The position numbers and the translations under genes were made by a program. A stretch of 64,000 nt of DNA from Octopus sinensis (Eukaryota): NCBI RefSeq assembly GCF_006345805.1, contig NC_042998.1:109926001-109990000 (forward strand), in the 5' to 3' direction. The notes beneath the pieces are model-generated. The model searched no databases. It saw only the letters and a program-made list of their open reading frames with translations, and had not been told where the DNA came from. Positions 39,566 through 51,759 of the stretch are shown piece after piece; the first letter of the stretch is position 1, and every line of letters begins with the position of its first letter.

Positions 39566-40195
39566 GGATTTAGTTTTTTCATTCGCAAAATATGCATTTT
39601 ATAAAAGACAGTAATGTATAATAACGTAGCTTTCCAGTCTCATTGCTTTGAAGGTATGATGTGGAGAAAAAAATTGAAAAAAGTTACAGAGGTTTAAAAA
39701 TTGAAAAAAAACCCCTGTATTTTAAACCAAGAGTGCGACAGTATTTTTCTGTGTTTGGCAGAGAAGTGTCAACTTTAAGGTTGTGCCCTGTGAAACTTAT
39801 AGTTTAGCATTGCGTGAAATGATCTCTTCATTGTAGGTTTCTGAATAAACAGAAATACCTAATAAAATCAACATGTATTATCATACTGTTGATTGTACGT
39901 TCACGCGGGTGGAGTAAATCTTGTGGTGTGAAGAATCAACACAGCATACAGGTGGAACACAACTCAATGTGCAGTTGTCATGGTAGCAAGCTGTTGATGC
40001 CTCGCTGTCTGTTGATTGGCTAAAATTACCCAAATTTCCCAACTTTAATTCCAAATAACATCAGATTCTTTCATTTATGAGATAAAGTAATTCATTGATC
40101 GTAATCAAAATTCAGAGTTGCATCGATACACTAAAATTGAAAGCAATCTGAGCAGAATTAAGTGGGATCATTTTGTGAATGAGAAACACTAGACC
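39566..40195. mobile_element. MITE-like non-autonomous DNA element with 26-bp imperfect TIRs
   Basis: GGATTTAGTTTTTTCATTCGCAAAAT (39566-39591) against ATTTTGTGAATGAGAAACACTAGACC (40170-40195); second partial copy at 34660. Confidence 0.7.
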
Positions 40196-40630
40196 GGGAA
40201 ATTCTTCCGTAACTGTAAAATTACGTTTCATCTGATGATTACGGTTTTTTGTAATGCAGGAATGATCTCATTCTTCTCTTAAAAAGATACGTAAGAAACA
40301 GTTGTAATGAACTGACAATTATTCATCGAATGTTATTATTCATTTGATTGTAATACACCAAGGGGATTACAACTTGTTGGACACCTTAGAGTATACCAAC
40401 AACGTACAATTCAACGTAACGTGTGCTTTGGATCAGCCCCTTGTCGCTAAATACTCATAGGGTTGGTTCACTCTGAGTACACAACAGGGATATCATGTTT
40501 GATACTTACCAACCATAGGCTTATCCAATCCTACCTGGTGCATATCTTTTCAAGTATCTGATTCTATTTTGAATTCTCATTTTACGATATATATATATAT
40601 ACATATATATATGTATGTATGCATATATAT

Positions 40631-40716
<86 letters not shown>

Positions 40717-40910
40717 GAGTGTATTTTTACCTTGTTAACAATTAACACGGAAAAAAAAAATAAATAGTTACCAGGGCAGCAGAAATCTCACAAGTAAAGG
40801 TGTTGTAACTCCTTGTTTATAAAGGTAGAAACTTCGTGTTTACGTTGAATATTTTGAATAATATTTGAATAAATAAATGGAGTTTAACGCAGGTGTAATC
40901 AAATATTTTT

Positions 40911-40988
40911 ACTTTCGACACATGTTTCCACTGATACTATTCAAAAGAATAAATGGTATAAACAATGTAATCTTCTCCTCAGGAAAGT
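40911..40988 (-). ncRNA. Hammerhead ribozyme motif with degenerate stem II
   Basis: Minus strand: ACUUUC-CUGAGGA-G...GAAA-C-AUGU-G-UC^GAAAGU. Stem I is 6 bp and the core is intact, but stem II pairs poorly. Confidence 0.6.
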
Positions 40989-41199
40989 GAAAAAAACGAA
41001 ACTCGTCAATAAGACATTTTAGCAAAAAATGATGAATTTGTATAGCGATTGACAGAACACTATTAATATTGTTTAAAAAAACGTTATATGATATAACGTC
41101 ATAAGTAGCTAGGAATATTAATAGTGAATGTTAAATATAAAGGAAATTAAAGTTTAAATTATATATAATGATAGAAACTACTTATATGCACTAAATGTA

Positions 41200-41540
41200 T
41201 TCTTTTGCCAATGCTTACATCTGTATGCTCGCTCTATAACCGTGTTTACTAGAGTATTTTTAGAAATAATAATGAAAAATAGCTCATAATTGCAGAGAAG
41301 ACAGAATTTCTTGCCTTTGTCATATGGTATCGAAATTGAGAGAATCAACCATTCTAAATGAAAACTCTCTTGCAAATTATCTCTTCTCATAATAACAAAC
41401 TGTTAAATATTAATACATTTACTAATACTAACATTAATTTAGCTAATACCATCCAACCCTCTAGAAATATTAATAACAAGGTTATTGTATCTGAAGTCAA
41501 TTCCAATAGAATTAATTACTTAATATCAGTAATTCAGACT
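41200..41540 (+). mobile_element. Second Penelope-like ORF fragment
   Basis: RVFLEIIMKN and MKTLLQIISSHNNKLLN followed by an N/T-rich linker, the same PLE region as 39277-39415. Confidence 0.55.
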
Positions 41541-44500
41541 TAGTATACAACTACTCCGGGAGAATACTAGCATATACCGTAACATTCCTCAACTGATCTT
41601 GTATCAATTTCTCGTCTAACTAAACTCTTGTAACATTGAATTCTAATCTCATGTTCGGTCAAAGTTAAAATATATAAATGTCCTAATTTCAAATGATACT
41701 ACTTGTTTGCAAATTTATACTCTTTTTCCTATTATACACTTCTTTAAGCCAATCCCCATTAGGCAGCTATAACGTCCCTGTATTTTCTGTTGTAGGTCAA
41801 GTTGGAGTTGAGGTCGCAAGCCAACCCGTTCACTAATTGTATGTACCTACTACTTTACGTCATCAGATGTAATATTACCAGGATTTCATATACTTGTATA
41901 TATACACATATACATGCACGCACAGGTATATATGTATGTGGTTGGATAAATAGAAATATGACTGTGTCAATAGATGTCATTATCAGTGTTAGTATCATGG
42001 ATATTTGTCTTCCTGTCCATATCAAGTGTGAATCAGTAAATTTGTGTGCAAGTACAAAAGGTATGAAGGTAATACGCTCGTTTATGACTGTGTGTGAGCG
42101 TGCGAGCGCATTTGTATTGTATGTAGGTGTTCGTGTATTTGTTGTTATTAATTGTGAATAAAAATCTTGGATCGATACAAAATTAGCTAATGCAATTGGT
42201 CATCGAAGCTAGAGTGGAAGTAATAAAAGCTGGAAACACTAGCATGGCGTTAAACACTTGCTTCAATAATGAGGCAAATCATGTGAGCTGTGTTTTCATT
42301 TCATGCAGAAACACGCGTGGCGTATAACTGGACATTATCTCTAGGCAAGATCGCATGATAGTTCCTTCCGGAGGGCGATGGCAGCAACCGATGGTTGAGA
42401 ATAGAAACAGAGGAGGAAGACTGAAAGAAATGGAGACGGAGTGAGAGAGTTTATATGAGAGAAAGAGGCGGAGGAGAGGTTTGAGTCACAAAGAAATATA
42501 AAATGGAAGAAAAGAGAGAGAGAGAGATATAAAGAGAAAGAGAAATAAAAGTGGGAGGCGGAAGGAAAAAAAAGATTTGTGGGGTTAAGAGGGCCACGTA
42601 TTATGAGAAAGCAACAAGGGGAATAGAACAAAGAGATAAAAGGAATTAGAACATGGAGCAGAGGAAGAATGAAAAGAATAAATTTCAAAAATGTACGAAA
42701 AAAATATCAACATTCCCTCGGATTGAAAATGTATGTCTATCTTTCTGCGTGTTGCGAGGGTTAGGATCAATATTTGAATATTTATGGAACAATGAAAGAT
42801 TTAAATCTTTATAAACAAACGCACTTCTTCACCCTCACACACAGATGCAAACATCAATGTGACACATGCCCATATACATTTATATGTACACAATCCCTTC
42901 TCTTTTCGTCTACCTCTCTCTCTATATATATCTATATGTCTGTCATTATATATCTATTTGCTCACATACCCATGTACACTTACATGCACACACACACACA
43001 AGCACACATGCACACAGACACACATACACACACACACTCACACACACACATGAACATGGATGTCGAGTTACATACAGAAATAAGCAAATTCGGAGCTATG
43101 TAAATATATATGCATACATAAACATAAAAAATATGCATTTATTTATATTCGCATAAGTTACTTATGGATGCACTTAGATTTATAAACATTTACATAGGAA
43201 CAAAAGAGATTTAGGAATATATTCTGTGTGAATGATAGACTGATTTCTTAGAGAGACAAACGAGAAATATGTCGACCCAATATCGCACATCGTCAATTAA
43301 ATACGGAAAATGACCAACTTACACTTTAAATTAAATACAAGTTCTGAAATATTCATATGGATGACTATATTTGACAGAAAATTCCATGAACAAACACTCT
43401 GCTTGGGTGGTGGATTGGTTTGGTTTAGACGTTAGTGTCTGATAGATACATTTCCGTAATAGGTTACTTTTTCAACCTCTATTAATTTTGCTTTTAGTTA
43501 CTAATTGCTAATAAGCCACCCTTTTTAATTTGTTGTTTACACTTTTACCGTTTTGGAAATCAGCACATGTTTTTAGCGGTTTATCTTATAAGACTGACAG
43601 AGGTAGTTGAGTTTAACTCTGGGCGTTAAGAGCCGCTGATGAAGATGAAGATAAAAATGGCCTACATCAAAATTCGAAAACACGATCTGGGTATGTACGT
43701 TGGGGATTTACCTCCCTTTGTCAGTCACTTATGACTGTGTTTTTGGCTTTGAGTTAGTTTAACTCTTATCTTTAGCAAAAGCGGTACCAGGCAATACCCT
43801 ATTAATTTTGCCTTTACGTTCTAATTGCAAATAAGCCACCCTTTTTAAAATTATATATATATATACATAGCACACACAGACACATATATACACATATATA
43901 AAGCCCTGGAGGAGAAGAAAGATAGGGTATTTTCAATGCGGTTCTCCACACAAACATTAGGCTATCTGCACTGTATTGAAATTCTTGATCTGTAGAATAT
44001 CCCGTTTTCATGATTGCAAAATCTTGTGTGGGTTTAGCGAAGAGTGACCCAACTAAGAAGATAATGAATTACTTTAACACATCCTTCATGATTAGTTATA
44101 ATTGTTTCTATACCGACTCTGCTTCCAACGTCAGTTCAGACCTCCATCAAAGATGCGCTCTTACAATGTGCCTGTAAGTGCGTACATTTGATGCAGATCT
44201 GAGGAAGTGCTACAGTAATGTTTAATAGAAGTGCATATATTATGTAAATTATCATTAGGAACTTTTACTTGAATTGGTGTTGAAAACAGAATCGATACGG
44301 AAACAATTGTAACTGATCATTGTCTTCTTATCTGGAAATACACACACGCGCGCAGCCCCCACACACTCACACACACACACGCACACATACTTATACATAC
44401 AGCATACATACCTGCATACATACATACATGCATACATACATACAGATGTGTGTGTTTACTTCTATACGTGTGCGGGCGTGTATTGTATGTCAAAACATTT

Positions 44501-44978
44501 TCTACTAAATAAGACAGTATGAACAATATATACGAACAAAAATTTTACGAAGAGACAAAATAAGAATGTTAACCATTATTTATGCGCAAACATCTCGACC
44601 ATGTATACATCTACAGGACCACCGTACAATATCTCTGTATCATGAGGTCACCGCATTTCTTCTAGGGAAATCTATTTTTTCCAATTAACAATTTTGTCAA
44701 TTTGATGATTCTAATACGTTTATTGAGTTTTAAATCGGAAAATTAAGATTTTCATTTATAAGAATATAGACAGGGCGGTAAATAAGACAGATAGAAAAAC
44801 TGATAGCCTCAAACTAGTTGGTGTAGAAAATAAGAGACGAAAAGAATGAGACGGTGCGAAGGCAAGAATGATATGCTGGTAGAGGCAGCGACTTGTGTAG
44901 AACAGGAGAATGCTTAGAAACTATCATTTACAGATAATATCGAGGTGAACGTGAAAGGGAGGGAGATATAGTGCGAAC

Positions 44979-45018
<40 letters not shown>

Positions 45019-45650
45019 GGGAGATAGAGATAGAGAAAGAGAGGGCGAGAGGCGAGGATGCATTAGAATATGGAATAACAGAATAACTTGAACGAAAACA
45101 TGAAAATATGGCTGAAGAATGGAAATATATAGAAACAGATAATGAGTAGTGTAGGAAAAGAGAGTTTCTTAAAGGCGGGGTAAGTAACGAAGGTGTATAT
45201 TTGAAGAAATTAAACATAATTAGACAGAGACCCAGAGCAAAATGAGAGAGAAAGGAAGTGGATAAGAAGTGGATAAGGGTGAGATGGTGAGGGTGGGGTA
45301 ATCGCGGTGGTGACTGGGGGTAAACAGTAACATATAAAGATTAGGAGAAATAGTGAACTTGACTGAGAAATATTGACTGCGGAGGCTGTGATAGAAAGTA
45401 AGGCAGAATAAGTATTTTAACTACAGAGAAGGAGCATGAGGGATTGAGGAAAAGGCAAGAAGTGAAATGCCTATAAAGACAACAAACTAAGAGATGGAAA
45501 GAGAGAGATAGAGAGAGAGAAAGGGAGAGAGGGAAAGAGGGAGAGAGAGACAAGGGGAAGACAAAGAGAGAAAGAGACTTGGTGTTTGCATGAAACATGT
45601 GGGAGTAATGGAAATATATGCATATATATATATATATATATATAATATAT

Positions 45651-45728
<78 letters not shown>

Positions 45729-45764
45729 TAGATATATATGAATACATATGTATGTGTGTATTAT

Positions 45765-46380
45765 GTTGTCCCTGTGGAGAACCTTTGTTGTTAGCCGCCT
45801 GGACTACTGCTCCCAGTTAAGGTCACCATATAGAGCCAAACTAACTGCGGAACTTGAAGCAGTCCAGCGCCACTGCACTAAAAAAGATTGAAGCAGTGCA
45901 GTGGATGAGCTACAGGGATAGGCTGAGAAAACTGCAATTTAACTCCCTGGTGCGAAGGTGTGAGGGATATGCAATAATATGTATAGGGAGAACTCTAGAA
46001 GGGCTAGTACTTAATTTCGGCATTATAATGGCCGCCATTGTATTGTACAAAAGGTACCACCCACTTCATCTAAATTCCGGACCAGGTACTGCAATAGTCT
46101 AGGGTTCAATGCCCTGCTACAAAAATCAAGTAATTTGCATAAGTGGAAGTAGATATCTTCAAATAGCAACTAGACATTTTCTCCTCCACGATACCAGATG
46201 ATCCAACAGTCCAACATAAAGAGCAGACGAGGGCAGCGGAACCAAAATCCAATATAGACAAAATGGGCTAACATCTGAGACAAAGGCAAATACAGGAGTG
46301 GTGATTCGAAACACCCCATACAGAAAGACCACGGTGGCACTCCAGCATGAACGCTGTGGCGTGGCTGAAACGAGTAAAAG
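45765..46380 (+). mobile_element. Older CR1/L2-group LINE 3' fragment
   Basis: LWRTFVVSRLDYCSQLRSPYRAKLTAELEAVQR and MSYRDRLRKL, homologous to 15370-15990; tail GGCACTCCAGCATG...GCTGAAACGAGTAAAAG. Confidence 0.85.
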
Positions 46381-46434
46381 AGAAACAGATATAATTGTGT
46401 GTGTGAGTGTATGAAGATATATATATATATATAT

Positions 46435-46483
<49 letters not shown>

Positions 46484-46679
46484 CTCTAAAAATGATTGGG
46501 TGAGGATAAGAAACTTTTCTTGAATACTTGAAACAGAGGGTGCTTCTTTAAAGTCACAAAAGGACTAATGTGTGTTGGCAAGACAATTGTAGGAGAAAAT
46601 TGCCCAGCACGAAACCACATAAATTTAAAGAGCCTGTTTTCATTAAACGTCATGTTTCGGGAAAGATTGATAGTCATGA

Positions 46680-46895
46680 ATATGATGTTGATGACGATGA
46701 TGATAGTGACTGTGTTGATGATTACGATGATTACGGTGATGATAGTATCGGAGCTGTTATAGAAGATGATAGTGGTCATTAAGGTTATGATATGATAATA
46801 ATGATGATGGTGATGATGATGATGATGATGACGATGATGACAATGATGATGATGACGATGACGATGATGATGATAATGATGATGATGATGACGAC

Positions 46896-46945
<50 letters not shown>

Positions 46946-47010
46946 CGATGATGGATGACTACGGTGACGACGACGACGACAACGTTGATAAGGTGAAGGT
47001 GAACGACGAC
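46680..47010. repeat. Degenerate (GAT)n/(GAC)n trinucleotide array
   Basis: Direct reading; source of the poly-M/S/D ORFs. Confidence 0.9.
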
Positions 47011-47355
47011 GATATAATGATTTGGGTAATTGTGATACCGTTGACAATGTTAATCAATGAAGTCGATAAAGATAATTGCCATGATAAACTCATTGAAACT
47101 GATGTAAGAAAAAAGTAAGAAGGAAGAACAGAAAACGAATACGTTGATAAAGATAACGAATTACATGTAAATAACGTTGATGCGGCAAAGCACAGCCATA
47201 CACTAATACATTGAGCTGTTAAAATAGATAAGGCCTTTAAGTAGCAATAGAAGAGATACTTTAAGTACCTCAAGCACGATCATCACTATCATTCAACCAA
47301 AGAAGAAACATCTGTGTAGTGGTTTCACTTGCTAGAAATAGCAGCCGAGTTTCAT

Positions 47356-47554
47356 TTAACTCCTTAGCTTTTGAACTGGCCATATCCGGCTTAAATATAC
47401 CACATGTTTTTTAAACCAACCAGATCTGGCCTCTCACACCTACTATACAATGTCTTTCTAAAAATAAACAATCACATCATCGAACGTTAATTCGAGACAA
47501 TGTAAACAAATAAGCATTTCACTTGACAAAATAATCTGAATGTTAAAGGGTTTA
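47356..47554. mobile_element. About 190-bp MITE, piggyBac-like (TTAA-type target)
   Basis: TTAA|CTCCTTAGC ... GTTAAAGGG|TTTA, imperfect TIRs with a degenerate TTAA duplication. Confidence 0.55.
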
Positions 47555-48899
47555 CACAAACCCTACTATATTTTTAAAGGAAGGAAATATTTGAAAATTT
47601 AGTCTTAGGTAAAGTATATGTAGCAGAAGAGACAGAATGCTCAAAAGTGTGTAGGATTATAGTTAACATATATAGAACAACAACGACATTCTGATGAAGT
47701 AAACTTGGGAGTATCTGGTTGCCCAAATTTTAGAAATAGCAGCCAAGATACCTTCAGATCATATGTTACCATCTGGAAGGCATATTGGGATTGCAACACT
47801 TGATACTCCATGTCTGAAAGAATTATGGAATCGTGCTGCTGGACTATATTTTTGAACAAAAGGTTGCTCAATTAAGGATTAGTTTAAACTAAATATAACA
47901 TGATGGTCATAATAGACCATTACTTGTGTGATATTATAACCCAAGACTCTCAACATTTAAGAATATTAATTCTTATTTATACTTAGGAATTTTTCACTCA
48001 GCCAAATCGATCACGTATATACCATTTTGTACGTTTGAAATTCTGCTTTACACCAAGAACAATTTATATTGTTATTGTTTATCTTGAATCAGACATGATC
48101 CCGTAGACCTATAATCAAATACGTCACCATCGCGTTCTTTTGCATAGCTATGACTGTATTGCCCTGTTCGCTCTTGTGTTTTAGAGGAAGATTTAACGTC
48201 TTTTTTTAGCAACTCATTTATAGATTATCTCTTTAGCTTGTTAATGTTCATGCCTATGGAGGTTTGACTCTTTGACCGGCAAGATGTCTGGCAATGAGCT
48301 AAAAAAACTATCATTTTCTTGTTTAGTAGACTCCTAAAAAAGTTCTAATAGTTCGAGCGACTATATATAGGCTTTCTCGTATGGTATTGTTTTGTCGATT
48401 TATATCAAGTTGTTCGATATTATACAGAAGCCTAAATATTCTATCGTAAATACTTGATATCTGCAAATTATACAATGTTTGGTATAAGAAACCGGAGCAT
48501 ATTTTGGACAAAGAATATTCACTAATAAGCATAATTATGGAGCGTCGTTTCCTCAGATATTTTATATAAAGAAATGTTCTGCAAAATATAGTTTGTAAGC
48601 ACAAGATAATTTGTACATCACATACTTAAACATATAAAGACATCAATAAGAAGTGCTTTTCTAATTATTGTATGTAATATAGATATTCAGAAATAATTGA
48701 ATATATACAATGTATTTTATTTAGAATATTTACGAGAGCACTTGGCAGGTGAGAATTGCACTGTAACTAGGCTAAAAACAATTTATTTGACCAAAGAAAC
48801 TGCTTTAACTTGAAGGGTCATTCTAAGCAGAATTCTCTTAACATTCACAACTAAAACGAAATGACACTATAAACTGTTCAAACGAGATGGATAAAAACC

Positions 48900-49130
48900 T
48901 TGAAAGTAGGAGGCAACATTGTGGCATCTGAATTTCATAGAATGAAAATTTCTGGTGTACTAGTGTTCATAAAGGACCTAAGTGTGTATGTGACAATTTC
49001 CGTGGTATCACCCTGTTATAATCTTTGAACTATTTCCTCTTCAGACTAATATTAAACCGTCTGATATGTGTCATCCAGAAATTCAGATTAATGGGTTGAG
49101 GAAGAGTTCGATTTACAGTTTAAATTGGAT
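48900..49130 (+). mobile_element. Highly decayed RTE-type LINE fragment
   Basis: KGPKCVCDNFRGITLL...LILNRL resembles the KG....C.NYRGI.LL...K...R.LLNRL motif upstream of RTE RT. Confidence 0.55.
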
Positions 49131-49237
49131 TTGGTACTTACATATCTACGGTATCCTACCAACACTTGATTGGTTTCATTGTTGTTTATCTCGCAGTGAA
49201 CTTTGTTACAGTAGCTAGCCATTTCTTATTTTATTAC

Positions 49238-49440
49238 TTATTTCTTTATTGCCCCCCAAGGGGCTAAACATAGAGGGGACAAAAGAGGACAGGCAAAGGG
49301 ATTAAGTCGATTACATCGACCCCAGTGCGTAACTGGTACTTAATTTATCGACCCCGAAAGGATGAAAGGCAAAGTCAACCTCGGCGGAATTTGAACTCAG
49401 AACGTAACGGCAGACGAAATACCACTAAGCATTCCGTCCA
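49238..49440 (-). mobile_element. SINE family 1, head truncated
   Basis: Well-conserved core complement. Confidence 0.85.
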
Positions 49441-49762
49441 AAAAGAAAATACCTACGCTGAACTATTGAGAAATCTGAAGTTAGTCTATCCAGATTACAT
49501 GTCCATGTTTATACCGCTAATTATTGGAGCACTGGGATATGTAACACACTACCTAAAATACCAATCTCGAGAAATTATGCTTCTCAAAATCAGAAAGTTG
49601 ATTCGAAGACTACAGATCCAAGCCTTCGCTGTAAAACTTTCCAGAGGTTTATCATTTAAGTATATATGAGCATGTCTAGACACGCAACCATATGCATGAA
49701 AATACATACGTAAAAGAAAGTATACATATCTGCACATATACATACATACATACATACATACA

Positions 49763-49796
<34 letters not shown>

Positions 49797-49950
49797 CATA
49801 CATACATACACACATACATACAAACATACATGTATTCAAAAATACCCTGTTGATATTTTTGAAATTCCAATGAAGGAGGAGCCTTTGATCTAGGTTAGAA
49901 ACCAGCTCTTCCTGTATTGGTAAGAAATCTTGAAATAAACTGAATAATGA
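49441..49950 (+). mobile_element. 3' end of an R4/Dong-like (REL-endonuclease) LINE, with an internal (TACA)n in the UTR
   Basis: KENTYAELLRNLKLVYPDYMSMFIPLIIGALGYV...KLIRRLQIQ fits the K..KY..L...L.......IP.IIGALG....LQ C-terminus of REL-clade LINEs; the extent of the 3' UTR is inferred. Confidence 0.65.
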
Positions 49951-50015
49951 TATATATATATATATATTATATCTATATGTGTATGTATATAAATATAGAT
50001 ATATATATTATATAT

Positions 50016-50050
<35 letters not shown>

Positions 50051-50439
50051 ATGTATGTATTCATATGTGTCCTTGTTTGTGTGTGTTTGTGTGTTTAATA
50101 TGCTTAGAGAATCATACGTACATACGCTGGTTTATATATCGATCATTCTTACACACAAACACTGCCACAATCATTCACATACATGTGTACTATATAAAAT
50201 TTCCTATTTTTGTTGTAAATTGTATCTTTAACATTTTGAAACATCGGCTTCGAGTAAAAGCGGCGAAACAAATTATATATGGAGCTTCTATTTCGGTTAA
50301 AATTAACTTAGATAGTTCCAAGAACAATTTCTTTGACTCGGTTAAGATGACATTGTTCGCTCTGGTGCAGGAATAATTCAAATACGTTTTGACTATAGCT
50401 CAATACAATGATCCTTTCAACTTCAGATGATGATGTCTT

Positions 50440-50645
50440 CGACGACGACGAGGATGGTGGTGATGATGATGATGATGATGTTGTGGTGATGATGATGGTT
50501 ATAATAATGATGAGGAGGAAGAGGAAGTGTCAGGTCATGATGATAATTATAACGATGTTGTTAGAGTTGATAATGATCGTGATCTGTTGATGACAATATC
50601 GTCATTGAACTTCATAATAAAGCTGATAATATTGATTATGAAAAC

Positions 50646-50703
<58 letters not shown>

Positions 50704-50960
50704 TTGATGATGATGATAATGTTGTTGTTGATGATGATGATGATGATACTGAGGAGGAGGAGGAGGAGGAAGACTATCACAACAAGTAGTGAAAATGGTG
50801 TTATAAGGATATCAGTGAATTGGATGACGACTAATTTTGTTGTGATGGCAAACATGGTGGCAATACTGCTGATGATCAATAGGATGATGACGACGACAGC
50901 GACGAGGTCGACGACGACGACGACGATGCTACCACTGCTGCTGCTGATGATGATGGGTAG
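50440..50960. repeat. Compound degenerate (GAT)n/(GAG)n/(GAC)n/(CTG)n array
   Basis: Direct reading. Confidence 0.9.
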
Positions 50961-51246
50961 ATGCGTGTGTATGTGAGTCAAGATATAGGAACTCGCCTCT
51001 GAGATCTCTCTTGGTGCATGTGTATGTATATGTGAGAATATGTATTTTTTATAGTACATTTTTTTTTTATTGAAAACTGCCCACGTAGATGTTTGACTAA
51101 GAGGTGCGTATTGATCTGTGTACCTGATTAACTGATGTTATATGTCGAGAATATGTGTGTTCACAGTGTTGTTTGTTTTGTTTTATCTTGTGCGCGCATA
51201 TGCAATTATAATATGACTTTTTAAAAACCTATTTCAGTATCTTTAG

Positions 51247-51418
51247 GTGACAGGTTATAGCAATGGTTACATCAGTTTGAGAAAAGAGTTAGTTTACAAT
51301 GGACAGACACGATGGTTATGTCAGAATATAATAAAGGAGAATAACAAGGGTCGCTACGGTTGGACAACATTCTTAGGAGAGGAAGTTAAAATCAATCAGA
51401 AGAAAAAGTGGCCAAAGA
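51247..51418 (+). CDS. Best candidate host coding exon (VTGYSNGYISLRKELVYNGQTRWLCQNIIKENNKGRYGWTTFLGEEVKINQKKKWPK), phase 0-1
   Basis: Acceptor TTTCAGTATCTTTAG, consensus donor AGA/GTAAGT, 57 uninterrupted codons of complex sequence. Confidence 0.4.
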
Positions 51419-51657
51419 GTAAGTTTAAGTGGGTATATGTGTGTTGTTTTGGACAATGAATGTGTGGGTTACTGTAGGTAGTAATGTATGTATATATGCA
51501 TTATTTCTATAACGTGAAGTGCACGTGTATAGTGTGATATGTGTATATGAGTATTTGGGCAAGTGGATTGATGTATGCTATTGTATCTACATGATGTGTG
51601 TTGGTAGAAAGTGTGGATGAAGGAAGGCTCTGTGATTATGTATGTGCATATGTGTGT

Positions 51658-51697
<40 letters not shown>

Positions 51698-51723
51698 TGT
51701 GTGCCTGTATGGTTGTATATATG

Positions 51724-51759
<36 letters not shown>

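Noticed and set aside
40225-40265. CUGAUGA followed by a small UUAC/GUAA stem
   Set aside because: The second core half (GAAA) is absent
43630-43695. CUGAUGA...GAAA...AUC motif
   Set aside because: Stem II is not closed next to GAAA and stem III is unpaired
43478-43845. About 50-bp imperfect direct repeat 320 bp apart
   Set aside because: Short, diverged and with no associated structure; likely ordinary repeat debris
46554-46782. Plus ORF ending in an acidic DDDD tail (possible last exon)
   Set aside because: The acidic part is the start of the degenerate (GAT)n array; no recognisable domain
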